Assembly: GCA_964016885.1 (NCBI GenBank)
Contig: OZ024752.1
Span: forward strand, 35,278,001-35,342,000
Direction: 5' to 3'
DNA from: Eledone cirrhosa
Taxonomy: Eukaryota
DNA length: 64,000 bases
Shown here in pieces: positions 1-12,742 of this stretch. The notes under the pieces are model-generated. The model was given only the letters and a program-made list of their open reading frames with translations, was not told the origin of the DNA and did no database searches. The position numbers and the translations under genes are program-made. The first letter of the stretch is position 1. Each line of letters starts with the position of its first letter.

Positions 1-951
1 CAAGCGGGCAATGCGATCAGTGGAACTTCCACTCTCGAGTTCTATAGATGATTAGTGGTGGGCAAGTGCGATGACGCACTCGGAGAAGCTTTGGGCCTCG
101 ACGAAGTCGAACTGACCAGTCTGTACCGGAGGACTTTTGAGCCGGAGACGATGGACAATTTCCAGAAATCCCTCGCTTGGCAGTGCTACCGGGGGGCACT
201 GCCGGTTCGGGATAAACTCTACAGGCACGGAAGTGCTGTCAGACGGACCTGCCCAAGATGCGCACAGAACGACGAAACCGTTCTGCACGCACTTGTCCAA
301 TCTCCGTGCATTACTGACTTGTGGAGTTATGTCGAACAGCTACTGTCGCGTGTGGAACGAATCCGGCTATCGGCCGAGTCCATAGTGAAGATCGAACCGC
401 CACCTTCCTTAGGTCAGGAAGAGCAGGACATTTTCCTCTGTCTGGTGGCAGTTGCGAAAGAGATTATATGGTGGACCAGGTTGAAAGGACTAAAGACAGA
501 CACTTTTCCCTTCGGCCAATCCCTCATCAACTTCTTCAAGTTTCACCTGGAAAGGAAGGTGAGGGTGGAAAGAGAAGTGCTGCCCCCCCCCCCAGTACAT
601 TTGCTAAAAGGTGGGTGAATGTGGCGAGAATGGCTCGTGTGAATGGGCCTACTCTGACCATGCGCCTATAGGCTGGCTAACTTGAGGAGAGGGGTGCTCT
701 CCTGGGTGCCCTAGAAGCGCAGGGTGGTTCAGGATTGGTGGGGTACCCGAATCACCCCAGGGTCGTCCACCCCCCCTATCGGGGAATTTATTTTGTTATA
801 TTTATGCATAGTTTATTTTATATTTTTATATTTTCATTGTTAAATTAGTCTTGCCATTGTGCACTTTTACTCGACCTTATTGTAAACCCCCACTGTCCCT
901 ATCTTTGTATTGTCCCCTACATGTCGGCCCTTGTGGCTAATAAATGAAATC
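1..951 (+). mobile_element. 3' part of a Tx1/L1-clade non-LTR retrotransposon (ORF2 C-terminus with zf-RVT-like Cys motif, plus 3' UTR)
   Basis: ORF 55-618 closely matches the C-terminus of ORF 4047-7466 (WQCYRGALPVRDKL...CPRC...ETVLHAL). There is a frameshift at the C-run near 583-593. The copy ends in AATAAATGAAATC, followed by (ATT)n. Confidence 0.93.
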
Positions 952-1008
952 ATTATTATTATTATTATTATTACTATTATTATTACCTTTTTTTTTTTTC
1001 CCAATTCA

Positions 1009-2469
1009 ATGATGTTCCAGAACAATATAAAAGAGATAATTGGCAATTTAGGTTCTGGAACAAAAAAGATCATTGGCAATAAGGGCAGGGGCCCCAGGTT
1101 ATCACAGCCTGGGCCCGCTCGTCATCGTGCCATTGTAATAGAGCCAAACAAGGCATTTAGTCTTGGCTGCTGGAACGTACGGACGCTGCTTGACAGGGAT
1201 TCCTTGGGGCGTTCTGAACGAAGGACCGCTCTTGTTGCAAAGGAGCTTCGACGTTACGATCTTGACATCGTGGCTTTATCTGAGACGAGGCTAGCTGGAG
1301 ATGGTCATCTTACGGAATTTTGTGGAGAATATACATTCTTCTCGAAAGAGAGTGATATGCAGCACATTTTGAATACATTTTCTGACGCTTGCACAGCCCT
1401 AGGTCTGACTGTCAGTCTCAAGAAAACCGTCGTCATGTACCAACCTGCCCCTGGTAAGCAGTACACTGAACCAAACATCTATGTGCATGGCAAACGACTT
1501 GCAGTGGTTGATCAGTTTGTCTACCTGGGAAGCACTGAAATCTCACTTAGGATTAGGAAAGCAAGTGATGCTTTCGGAAAGCTAGAAAGGCGACTCTGGG
1601 GTCGGCGAGATATATGCAGGAGGACAAAGGTAAAGGTGTACAGGGCATGTGTGCTCTCTTGTCTTCTTTATGCCTGCGAGACCTGGGTCACATATCGACA
1701 CCACCTTAAGCAATTGGAGCGTTTCCATCAGATGTGTCTCAGACGGATCCATGGCGTTCACTGGAGGGACCACATCAGTGATGTCGAGATTTTGGAAAGC
1801 TCTATGTGTGACAGTATAGAAGCTCTTGTGCTTAAGCAACGACTCTGTTGGAGTGGTCACCTTGCCAGGATGAAGGATTCTAGAATACCAAAACAACTCT
1901 TTTATGGAGAGTTGGTTAAAGGAAAACGACCGCCACATAAACCAAAAAAGAGGTATAAGGATTCCTTGAAAGCCTCTCTGAAAGACGCTAACATCTCTGC
2001 TGATACATGGGAGAATATTGCTGCTGATCGTAATAAATGGAAAAAGACTGTATATGAGGGAAAAGTTGCCTTTGAGGCATCTCGAATCGCATACGAGAAA
2101 GTAAAGCGGGATGTGAGGAAGGGCATTGCTGTTGCACTTCCAGACGGCGAGGGTCCTCCTATGGTGCTGACATGCAGCGTATGTGCGAGACTCTGCCTAA
2201 GCAAAGCTGGACTCGAAAGTCATCTTCGCAGTCATAAAGTAAGACCAGTGGTTGACTACCAGGCTGCTGTTGGAGATGCTACTCATCATGCTTGCCAAAC
2301 ATGTGGTAGAGAATGTAAATCAGCAGGAGGGCTCAAGCGACATGCAAAAGTACACGAACTCCAACCACAGCCGACTATTCCCAGTGAATGTTTTGGTTGC
2401 CGACTCTGTGCAAGACATTTTAGATCATTGGCTGGGCTAAAAAGCCACATTCGATCGCAGCGCTGTTAG
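1009..2469 (+). mobile_element. Internally deleted RTE-clade LINE ORF: APE endonuclease N-terminus fused in frame to the post-YADD RT/thumb region and three C2H2-like zinc fingers
   Basis: GCWNVRTL and DIVALSETRL (APE start) run directly into DMQHILNTF...FVYLGS...LLYACETW...LCWSGHLARM...PKQLFYGEL (RTE C-terminus). CxxC...HxxxH-type motifs occur three times at the end, the third lacking its last His. Confidence 0.88.
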
Positions 2470-2648
2470 TTGCTATCGTGTGTGTGTGTGTGTGTGTGTA
2501 GATATGCTTATATGTGTGCGTGTGTGTGTATATAAATGTATATGTATATCATTATTGTTGTTGTCATTATTATTATTGTTGTTATGATTATTATTATTAT
2601 TATTGTTATTAATGTATGTGTGTGTGTATATGTGTGTGAGTGTGTGTG

Positions 2649-2681
<33 letters not shown>

Positions 2682-2886
2682 TTTTTCTTTTTTAAATTTT
2701 TTTTTCTTTTTATTTATTTATTATTATTATTATTTTTTTTTTTCTTTCTCCTCGTGCAATGGCCATACTCGATAACGAGCAGCCATCATATATATATATA
2801 TATATGCATATATGTATGTGTATATATATATATGTATATATGTATGTGTATATATATATAAATATATATATGTATGTATGTATGTG

Positions 2887-2923
<37 letters not shown>

Positions 2924-3361
2924 GTATATATATATAAATATATATATGTATGTATGTGTATATATATATATATATATGTATGTATGTGTGTGTATATATA
3001 TATATATATCTATGTATGTGTGTATATATATGTATGTGTGTATATATATATATGTATGTATGTGTATATATATATATATGTATGTATGTGTATATATATA
3101 TATATATATATGTACATACATACATATATATATATATATACACATACATATATATATATATGTACATACATACATATATATATATATACACATACATATA
3201 TATATATATATGTACATACATACATATATATATATATACACATACATATATATATATACACATACATACATATATATATATATACACATACATACATATA
3301 TATATATATACACATACATATATATATATACACATACATACATATATATATATATATATAC

Positions 3362-3392
<31 letters not shown>

Positions 3393-3469
3393 CACATACA
3401 TACATATATATATATACACACATACATATATATACACACATACATACATATATATATATATATACACAC

Positions 3470-3512
<43 letters not shown>

Positions 3513-3573
3513 CATACATACATATATATATTTATATATATATACACATACATATATACATATATATATATAC

Positions 3574-3605
<32 letters not shown>

Positions 3606-4046
3606 GATGGCTGCTCGTTATCGAGTATGGCCATTGCACGAGGAGAAAGAAAAAAAAAAAAAATAATAATAATAAATAAATAAAAAGAAAAAAAAATTTA
3701 AAAAAGAAAAAAAAAAAATATATATATATATATACATATACACACACACTCACACACATATACTCACACACATACATTAATAACAATAATAATGATTTCA
3801 TTTATTGGCCACAAGGGCCGACATATAGGGGACAACACAATAGACAGGGACAGTGGGGGTTTACATAGAGATCGAGTAAGTATAAATAACAAAAAAACAA
3901 AATAACAATAAAAATACAACAATGAAAGTTCCCCAATAAGAGGGATCACCACCCAGGGTTGACTCAAGCACCCCACCAGTCCTGAGCCACCCGACGCTCC
4001 TAGGGCACCCGGGAAGGGCACCCCTCTCCTTCTCGAATTCACCAGC

Positions 4047-7000
4047 CTACAGGCGCATGATCAGAGTAGGCCCACTCACGCGGGCCATTCTCGCCACATT
4101 CACCCACCTTTCAGTAAATGTACTGGGGGGCAGCACTTCTCTCTCCACCCTCACCTTCCTTTCCAAGTGAAACTTGAAGAAGTTGATGAGGGATTGGCCG
4201 AAGAGAAAAGTGTCTGTCTTCAGTCCTTTCAACCTGGTCCACCATGCAACCTCTTTCGCTACTGCCACCAGGCAGAGGAAAATTGCCTGCCCTTCCTGAC
4301 CAAAAGAAGGCGGCGGGTCAATCTTCACTATGGACTCGGACGATAGCCGGATCCGTTCTACACGCGACAATAGCTGTTCGACATAACCCCACAAGTCAGC
4401 AATGCACGGACACTGGACGAGTGCGTGCAGAACGGTTTCGTCGCTCTGCGCGCATCTCGGGCAGGTTCGTCTGACAGCACTTCCGTGCCTGTAGAGTTTA
4501 TCCCGAACCGGCAGCGCCCCCCGGTAGCACTGCCAAGCGAGGGATTTCTGGAAGTTATCCATCGTCCCCGGCTCGAAAGTCCTCCGGAACATACTGGTCA
4601 GTTCTACTTCGTTGACGCCCAGAGCCTCTCCTAGTACGTCATCGCACTTGCCCTCCACTAATCCTCTATAGAAATCTTGAGTGGAAGTTCCACTGACCGC
4701 ATTGCCCACCTTGCAGAGTGCAGTGAGCGCCTGGCAACATTCCAGATGCCAGTCGCCCAGTCTCGGTCTCTTCTTGACCCAGGACTGCAGCTCAGTCAAA
4801 GAGATGAGCTGCGGAAAGGCCCGTCTAACAAACGGCGACCACACCTGTTCACCGTTTAGGCAAAATATCTGGAGATGTCGCAGCCTCAGCGCATGTCTGC
4901 GCATCATTAGCCACGGCATGCCCAGCCCTCCACGAAGAGGGTGCTGGCAGCAGATGGACCGCCTCACCAACGGGACCCGTCCCCTCCACAAAAATTTGAA
5001 AAGGAGCCGTTCCAAATTGGCGAGGCGTGGACGGGGGCAAGGCACGACGGTCAGGCGGTAGTAGATGACGGACGCGATGTACGCGTTCGCCACCTCCGCC
5101 CGCCCTTTCAGTGATAGCTTTCTCTCAGCCCATTTCTGGGTGAGGTTGGCTATCCTGCTCGTCACCTCGTCCCAATTCTTATCCACCTGGAGGTCTGGTC
5201 CGAACCAAACCCCGAGCAACTTTACCGGTCCGTCTGTCCAGCGCCCAACGACGCTGTTGGACGGCATGGACTTGCCTCTCCAGGTGCCGAGCTGCAAGCC
5301 CACCGACTTTTCCGGGTTAAGTTTTGCTCCCGTCAACCTTTCATATTCCTCCAAATGGGTGCGGATCACCTCGATTTCCGAGGTGTCCGACACCATCACG
5401 GTGATGTCGTCCGCATAAGCGGACGCAGCCTTTCTACGTCCCGGTTCGAGCGGGATGCCCTGCAACAACTCCAGCTTCCGCAGTAGAGGCTCAAGAGTCA
5501 ATACGTACAGAAGTGAGGAGAGAGGGCACCCTTGACGGACCGATCGAGAGATCTGAAACGGTTCCGAGAGGTGGCCATTAACTTTGACCACCGAGCGGAT
5601 GCCGCTGTACATTGCAGCGATCCAGCTTCTGAAGACGGGGCCGAAGCCAGCCGCCTCGAGGACAGCCTCCAAGTACCGATGGTCGACCCTATCGAATGCT
5701 TTCGATTGATCTAAATTGATCAGAGCCCCACCGAAGCCAGGTTTGCACCCAACCCTCTCTATGATGTATCGCATGAGGTGGAGGTTGTCGTGTATGGACC
5801 TGGTCGGGATTGCGCAAGTTTGCGCCTCCCCAACCAAATCTTTGACGACAAGCGCCAACCTTTTCGCTAACACCTTGGCCAAAATCTTAAACTCTGTGTT
5901 GAGCAGGGTTATGGGCCTGAAATTATCTAGTGTGTCCCTCTTGTTCTCGTCTTTCCTTATCAGCGTCACTACGCCACGGCTCACAGAACTGGGAATGCTC
6001 CCGTTCTGCTGCCAGTTGCAGTAGAGCGCTTCGAGGAGATCGGAGAACAAGTCTGGCATATTTACGTAAAGCTCGTAGGGCAGACCATCCAAACCGGGTG
6101 ACTTGCGACTCGAGCAGCCGACAAGGGCGTCCTGAATTTCGGCTGATGTTATCGGCTCTTCGCAGCGCTCAGCGTCGGCCGTCGAGAGGCGTGGCAAGCC
6201 GTCGAGGTAGGGACTGAAGTCCGCCGCCATCTCCGACTCACCCATCCTCCCGAACAATCGAGCAAAGTGCTGGCGAAAGGCCTCACACATCCGCTTGGAA
6301 TCGCTCAGTTCGTGTCCATCTCGATCCGTCAAAGACCGAATTGTGGTTTTATTTCCACGCTGCGTCTCTGCAAAGCGAGCCCATCGGGCAGCTTTGGTTC
6401 CCTCGTTCCTCAGAGCACGCGCCTTAGCTCTGACAATGCAACCTTCGTGTTTCGCATTGAAGAAATGGTCTAGTGCCATTCTCGCCGCTAGCACGTCTGT
6501 TGCAATGCCACTACAAATAGCCTCGTCTAACTTAGCTATCAGCCCCTCCTCCTTTCTATTTTTCTCTATTGCTACTTCTTTGCTAAATCCTATCGAGGTT
6601 GCTCTAATCTCTCTTTTGAGTGCCCCCCACCACCTGTTGTTGACAACCCCCCCTGTCAACTTTTGCTTAACTAAGTTGTTGACCCGGTCCCTGTAAGCTT
6701 TACGTGCCGGAAACGACATGTTTAGCTTCCAGTAGCTAGGTCCTAACCTACGTGTCTTATCTAGGTCGACCATACAGATCACAAGCTTGTGATCTGAATA
6801 GGCAACCGTTTTAAAATGTGGACATCCTACACTATTTCTATCTCTTTTCCTAATGAAAATCCTATCTATGTACGATCTAGATGACCCTATGCGATTGGTC
6901 CAGGTCCATACTGGCGCATTAGGGAAATCTAGTCGGTACCTGTCAGACAGTTGAAACTGGCTGATCAGGTACTTGAGGCTTTTGCACCCCCCGCTCCTAT

Positions 7001-7466
7001 CAGATACTCCCACACAATCCCAGCGTGCTTCTAAGATGCCATTCCAATCCCCTATTAACAGTAAAGGGCGAGACGTAAGCAGAAAGTTTTCCAGGCGCCT
7101 AAAGAAGTCCGGCCGACCGGCCCCAGTAGGGGCGTAGACGGCCACCAGTCTAAAGGCACCACCTTCGCTATTGCTCACGTCCAGGACCACCAACTTTCCG
7201 TCAGGATCCCGGAAGATTGACCTTACCTCGAGATCCAGACATTTCCTAAACAGCACAGCCACTCCACCTCCCATTCCCGGCCGACTAACAGATGCAAAGA
7301 TCTGATAATCGTCGAAAATCGGCGCCAGTGCGCGTGTGTCGGAAATTCTGGTCTCGCTGATGGCAATTACATCCATTCCTAGTGACCTGAGGTCGTTGAG
7401 CAAGTGACCTTGCTTCCAGGGCGACCCCAGGCCACGAACATTTAAACTTCCTACTCTTATGGCCAT
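4047..7466 (-). CDS. LINE ORF2: APE endonuclease, reverse transcriptase and C-terminal Cys/zf-RVT domain, 1139 aa, uninterrupted
   Basis: Motifs SLNVRGL, ISETR, VYAP, GDWN, SYIDRIF, SDH; KSPGLDGL, FRPITLLN, DQSKAFDRV, VRQGCPLS, AYADD; CPRC...H. Confidence 0.97.
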   Translation of the reverse strand: MAIRVGSLNVRGLGSPWKQGHLLNDLRSLGMDVIAISETRISDTRALAPIFDDYQIFASVSRPGMGGGVAVLFRKCLDLEVRSIFRDPDGKLVVLDVSNSEGGAFRLVAVYAPTGAGRPDFFRRLENFLLTSRPLLLIGDWNGILEARWDCVGVSDRSGGCKSLKYLISQFQLSDRYRLDFPNAPVWTWTNRIGSSRSYIDRIFIRKRDRNSVGCPHFKTVAYSDHKLVICMVDLDKTRRLGPSYWKLNMSFPARKAYRDRVNNLVKQKLTGGVVNNRWWGALKREIRATSIGFSKEVAIEKNRKEEGLIAKLDEAICSGIATDVLAARMALDHFFNAKHEGCIVRAKARALRNEGTKAARWARFAETQRGNKTTIRSLTDRDGHELSDSKRMCEAFRQHFARLFGRMGESEMAADFSPYLDGLPRLSTADAERCEEPITSAEIQDALVGCSSRKSPGLDGLPYELYVNMPDLFSDLLEALYCNWQQNGSIPSSVSRGVVTLIRKDENKRDTLDNFRPITLLNTEFKILAKVLAKRLALVVKDLVGEAQTCAIPTRSIHDNLHLMRYIIERVGCKPGFGGALINLDQSKAFDRVDHRYLEAVLEAAGFGPVFRSWIAAMYSGIRSVVKVNGHLSEPFQISRSVRQGCPLSSLLYVLTLEPLLRKLELLQGIPLEPGRRKAASAYADDITVMVSDTSEIEVIRTHLEEYERLTGAKLNPEKSVGLQLGTWRGKSMPSNSVVGRWTDGPVKLLGVWFGPDLQVDKNWDEVTSRIANLTQKWAERKLSLKGRAEVANAYIASVIYYRLTVVPCPRPRLANLERLLFKFLWRGRVPLVRRSICCQHPLRGGLGMPWLMMRRHALRLRHLQIFCLNGEQVWSPFVRRAFPQLISLTELQSWVKKRPRLGDWHLECCQALTALCKVGNAVSGTSTQDFYRGLVEGKCDDVLGEALGVNEVELTSMFRRTFEPGTMDNFQKSLAWQCYRGALPVRDKLYRHGSAVRRTCPRCAQSDETVLHALVQCPCIADLWGYVEQLLSRVERIRLSSESIVKIDPPPSFGQEGQAIFLCLVAVAKEVAWWTRLKGLKTDTFLFGQSLINFFKFHLERKVRVEREVLPPSTFTERWVNVARMARVSGPTLIMRL

Positions 7467-7495
7467 GCTGGCAGGATGAATGGGAGAGGAAAGGT

Positions 7496-8200
7496 TTACT
7501 TACCTTCCGGGGTCTTGTGAAGGTCGGGTGGTTCGACCTCCATGGTTTGTGGGGTTTCTTTTGGGAACCCCTTTAATAGTCTTGAGGTGGGTTTTACGTT
7601 CGGGGTTCCCACATCCCGAGGAAAGCTCTTTCGAATTTCTTTGTATGAAGCGAGCGACATTCGCATCAGAAGCAAATTATCTGGTACGCGAAATGTGCTC
7701 GCTTCAAATGTTTCCCCGTCTTTTTCGATGTTTGTGCTTCGTGCTACATGGGCCATCAATTCCTTGTTGGCCCTTCTGGCAAGCACGAAGTTTTTAATGT
7801 TTTGTTGCTCGGGTTTTATTTGTTCGTGTGATTGTGGTGGTGATAGCTTTGTTAGTGTTGTTTCTATTGTGTCTGCGTTTGTTGTGGGTGGGGTGTCTGT
7901 AGTTTCTGATGTTTGTGTGTCTATTTGTTCTTGTGTCTGTTTAGCTTGTTTGCGTTTGGGGGATTTTGGTGGTTGTGTTGGTGCTGTGGGGAAAATGTTT
8001 GTGTGGGTGGTGTGTGTATTTTTTTTTGTGGGGGTGTTTGTGCTTTGTGGATTTCTTTTTTTTTTCGTGTTTTGTTTTTTGTATTTTGGGGGACTTTGGT
8101 TTTCCCTCATCTTCACTGCTGGAGGATGAGGGGTCTGTGGCTGTGAGCGTGTTTGTGTCTGAGTGAGTGTTTATGTTCTTGTTCGTGTGTGTATTTTGGG
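7496..8200 (-). CDS. Probable C-terminal continuation of ORF1, separated by homopolymer frameshifts
   Basis: An open frame ends 30 nt before the ORF2 ATG. An intermediate frame reads ...DPSSSSEDEGKPKSPK..., and PKSPK recurs in the 7496-8116 frame. Confidence 0.6.
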
Positions 8201-9405
8201 GGGGGAGGGGGAATGGGAGAGCTTTCCTCGTTTCCCCCCTGGGTGTGCAATTTTGGTGGTTCCATTGTTGACGGTGTTGCTGGTGGTCCTTGTCCCGGCG
8301 TCACCAGCAGTGGAATCTTTCGACCCCTTGCGCTTTTCGGCAGTTGAGGGCAGAAGGCTCGCAAGTGTGTCGTTTCCCCACAAAGGAAACAATGCGGCCT
8401 TTTGCCCTCAGTCATTATATGCAACACCCTCCCGTTTTGGAGGCGGATGTGGTCCGGGATTGCTTTTACGTTTTCGGGTCTGATTTGGAGCAGTATCTCC
8501 AGATCAACCCCGGACCAATCGTCCCTGGCAGTTCTCGTTGCTTCTACCGGGACTGTATCCGTTCCTTCCACGATTACGCAACCCAGGAGCCACCACATAT
8601 CAAGTCCTGGTGGAATCCTGGGAATGCGCACACGTGCTATTCGTTTTCCCATGTGGGAGGGGTACATTATGACCTTGCTGGTTTTGCAAGGGGTCATTGA
8701 ATGCTTCACAGCGAGGGCTTCAGACTTGAACAGCACCGAAACGGTGCCGTATTGCCTGCCCCTCTCTATGAAGTCTGTGTCCTCTCTGATGTATTTCAGT
8801 GCGGCTTCTATATCAGCTTGGGCGATTATCGCTGCCCTCTTTGTCTCTACTGAGATGCATCTGAAATGCACCGTTCTTTTTTCCACTGCCTCAATAGCTT
8901 CTGCCGGGACAGTTAAGTTTGCCCAGGTCTGCTCTTGATTTATGATTTTCCAGCCCTGGGCCAACTTTTCCTCTCTGTTGGTTAAGTCGATGCTGTAGCA
9001 TGGTCTCCTTTTAGCCGCTGCCACAGCAGCGAAGGTGTTCTTGTTGGTGTTGTCACTGTTGTTGTTCTTGTTGGTGTTGCTGCTGCTATTGCTGTTGTTG
9101 TTCTCCCCTGTGTCGTGGTTACCTTCTGTGCTGTTGGCCTTGTTGGTGCTGCTGCTGTCGCTACTATTACTCTCTGTGCTGTTCGTTTTGTTGGTGCTCT
9201 CGCTATTACCACCTTCTGCGCTGTTCGGCTTGTTGGTGTTGGTGTTGTCGCTGTTACCACCTTCCGCGCCGCTCGGCCCGTTGGTGCTGGCACTGTCGCT
9301 GCTCACATTCGTGCTGGTGGCGCTCCTCGCCTCACCTCTCCTCTCAACGCTCAAGTCGCCGTTGCACGACAGCAGACCCGCCTCTAGGGGGCGTGGCTCC
9401 GCCAT
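8113..9405 (-). CDS. LINE ORF1 (gag-like nucleic-acid-binding protein with CCHC zinc knuckle), 5' part
   Basis: ATG in GCCATG context. S/N/T-rich N-terminus. CFLCGETTHLRAFC fits CX2CX4HX4C. Lies upstream of ORF2. Confidence 0.85.
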   Translation of the reverse strand: MAEPRPLEAGLLSCNGDLSVERRGEARSATSTNVSSDSASTNGPSGAEGGNSDNTNTNKPNSAEGGNSESTNKTNSTESNSSDSSSTNKANSTEGNHDTGENNNSNSSSNTNKNNNSDNTNKNTFAAVAAAKRRPCYSIDLTNREEKLAQGWKIINQEQTWANLTVPAEAIEAVEKRTVHFRCISVETKRAAIIAQADIEAALKYIREDTDFIERGRQYGTVSVLFKSEALAVKHSMTPCKTSKVIMYPSHMGKRIARVRIPRIPPGLDMWWLLGCVIVEGTDTVPVEATRTARDDWSGVDLEILLQIRPENVKAIPDHIRLQNGRVLHIMTEGKRPHCFLCGETTHLRAFCPQLPKSARGRKIPLLVTPGQGPPATPSTMEPPKLHTQGGNEESSPIPPPPPKYTHEQEHKHSLRHKHAHSHRPLILQQ

Positions 9406-9705
9406 GTTTTTTTGAGAAAAAAATTATTATTTTTTTCAAAACAAAGTTCAAATATTTGGGCCAAAAGGCCCAAATATTATGAGTTATTCCTTCACAGGAT
9501 ACAAATGAATGTCTTATAATGCTTCAGCGGTACAACAAAATAAACAATTCTCCACAATTAATCCTCAAAAAATTGCTTACTCACGGAGCTTCAAAAAACG
9601 TACATCCACTTTCGTCAATAATAATAATAATAATCATAACAACAATAATAATAATGACAACAACAATAATCATATACATATATATACACACACACGCACA
9701 CATAT

Positions 9706-11351
9706 GTACACATATGTGTATATATATATATATATGTATGTATGTGTATATATATATATGTATGTGTATATATATATGTATGTATGTGTATATATATATG
9801 TATGTATGTGTATATATATATGTATGTATGTGTATATATATATATATGTATGTATGTGTATATATATATATATATGTATGTATGTGTATATATATATATG
9901 TATGTGTATATATATATGTATGTATGTGTATATATATATGTATGTATGTGTATATATATATGTATGTATGTGTATATATATATATATGTATGTATGTGTA
10001 TATATATATATATGTATGTATGTGTATATATATATATATATGTATGTATGTGTATATATATATATGTATGTGTATATATATATGTATGTATGTGTATATA
10101 TATATGTATGTATGTGTATATATATATGTATGTATGTGTATATATATATATATGTATGTATGTGTATATATATATATATGTATGTATGTGTATATATATA
10201 TATATATGTATGTATGTGTATATATATATGTATGTATGTGTATATATATATGTATGTATGTATGTGTATATATATATGTATGTGTATATATATATATATA
10301 TGTATGTGTATATATATATATATATGTATGTGTATATATATATATATATGTATGTGTATATATATATATATGTATGTGTATATATATATGTATGTATGTG
10401 TATATATATATATATGTAGTGTATATATATATATATGTATGTGTATATATATATGTATGTGTATATATATATATATGTATGTGTATATATATATATATGT
10501 ATGTGTATATATATATATATGTATGTGTATATATATATATATGTATGTGTGTATATATATATATGTATGTGTGTATATATATATATGTATGCGTGTATAT
10601 ATATATGTATGTGTGTATATATATATGTATGTGTGTATATATATATATATATGTATGTATGTGTATATATATATATGTATGTGTGTATATATATATGTAT
10701 GTGTGTATATATATATATATGTATGTATGTGTATATATATATGTATGTGTATATATATATATGTATGTGTATGTATATGTATGTATGTATATATATATAT
10801 ATATATGTATGTATATATATATGTATGTGTATGTATGTGTATATATATATGTATGTATATATATATGTATGTATGTATGTATATATATATGTATATATAT
10901 ATATATATATATGTATGTGTATGTATGTGTATATATATGTATATATATATATATATATATGTATGTGTATGTATGTGTATATATATGTATGTATATATAT
11001 ATGTATGTATGTATATATATATGTATGTATGTATATATATATGTATGTATGTGTATATATATATATATGTATGTATGTGTATATATATGTATGTATGTGT
11101 ATATATATATATATATGTATGTGTATATATATATATATATATATGTATGTGTATATATATATATGTATGTATGTGTATATATATATGTATGTATGTGTAT
11201 ATATATATATATATGTATGTGTATATATATATATATATATGTATGTGTATATATATATATGTATGTGTATATATATATATATATGTATGTGTATATATAT
11301 ATATATATGTATGTGTATATATATATATATATGTATGTGTATATATATATA

Positions 11352-11382
<31 letters not shown>

Positions 11383-11530
11383 GTGTGTATATATATATAT
11401 ATATGTATGTGTGTATATATATATATGTGTATATATATATATATATGTATGTGTATATATATATATATATATGTATGTGTATATATATATATATATGTAT
11501 GTATGTGGATATATATATATGTATGTATGT

Positions 11531-11562
<32 letters not shown>

Positions 11563-12703
11563 ATATAGATATATGTATGTATGTGTATATATATACATAT
11601 ATGTATGTGTATATATATATATGTATGTATGTGTATATATATACATATATGTATATATGTGTATATATATACATATATGTGTATATATATACATATATAT
11701 ATGTATGTGTATATATATATGTATGTATGTATGTGTATATATATATGTATGTATGTGTATATATATATATATGTATGTATGTGTATATATATATATATGT
11801 ATGTGTATATATATATATATATGTATGTGTATATATATATATATATGTATGTGTATATATATATATGTATGTATGTGTATATATATATATATGTATGTGT
11901 ATATATATATATATGTATGTGTATATATATATATATATGTGTATATATATATATATATATATGTATGTGTATATATATATATATGTATGTGTGTATATAT
12001 ATATATGTATGTGTGTATATATATATATGTATGTGTGTATATATATATATGTATGTGTGTATATATATATATGTATGTGTGTATATATATATATATGTAT
12101 GTGTGTATATATATATATATGTATGTGTGTATATATATATGTATGTGTGTATATATATATATATGTATGTATGTGTATATATATATATGTATGTGTATAT
12201 ATATGTATGTATATATATATATATATGTATGTGTATGTATGTGTATATATATGTATGTGTATGTATGTGTATATATATGTATGTATATATATATATATGT
12301 ATGTGTATGTATGTGTGTATGTATGTATGTATATATATATGTATGTATGTGTATATATATGTATGTATATATATATATATATGTATGTGTATCTATGTGT
12401 ATATATATGTATGTATATATATATGTATGTATGTGTATATATATATATGTATGTATGTGTATATATATATATGTATGTATGTGTATATATATATATGTAT
12501 GTATGTGTATATATATATATGTATGTATGTGTATATATATATATATGTATGTATGTGTATATATATATATGTATGTATGTGTATATATATATATGTATGT
12601 GTATATATATATATATATTTATGTGTATATAGATATATGTATGTGTATATATATATATATGTATGTGTATATATATATATGTATGTGTATATATATATAT
12701 ATG

Positions 12704-12742
<39 letters not shown>

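Larger units (their letters stand above)
3794..9616 (-). mobile_element. Full-length (5823 bp) Tx1/L1-clade non-LTR retrotransposon inserted in (AAT)n
   Basis: Has a 5' UTR, ORF1, ORF2 and a 3' UTR ending in AATAAATGAAATC. Flanked by (AAT)3 and (AAT)6. Confidence 0.93.
2508..9705. repeat. Large inverted duplication: left arm about 2508-3110, right arm about 3280-3793 continuing at 9617-9705 after a LINE insertion
   Basis: 2741-2790 is the reverse complement of 3605-3660. 2508-2604 is the reverse complement of 9617-9705. The microsatellite pattern is mirrored. Confidence 0.88.

Noticed and set aside
4244-6696. Plus-strand ORFs overlapping LINE ORF2
   Set aside because: Antisense shadows of a GC-rich coding region, with no recognisable motifs.
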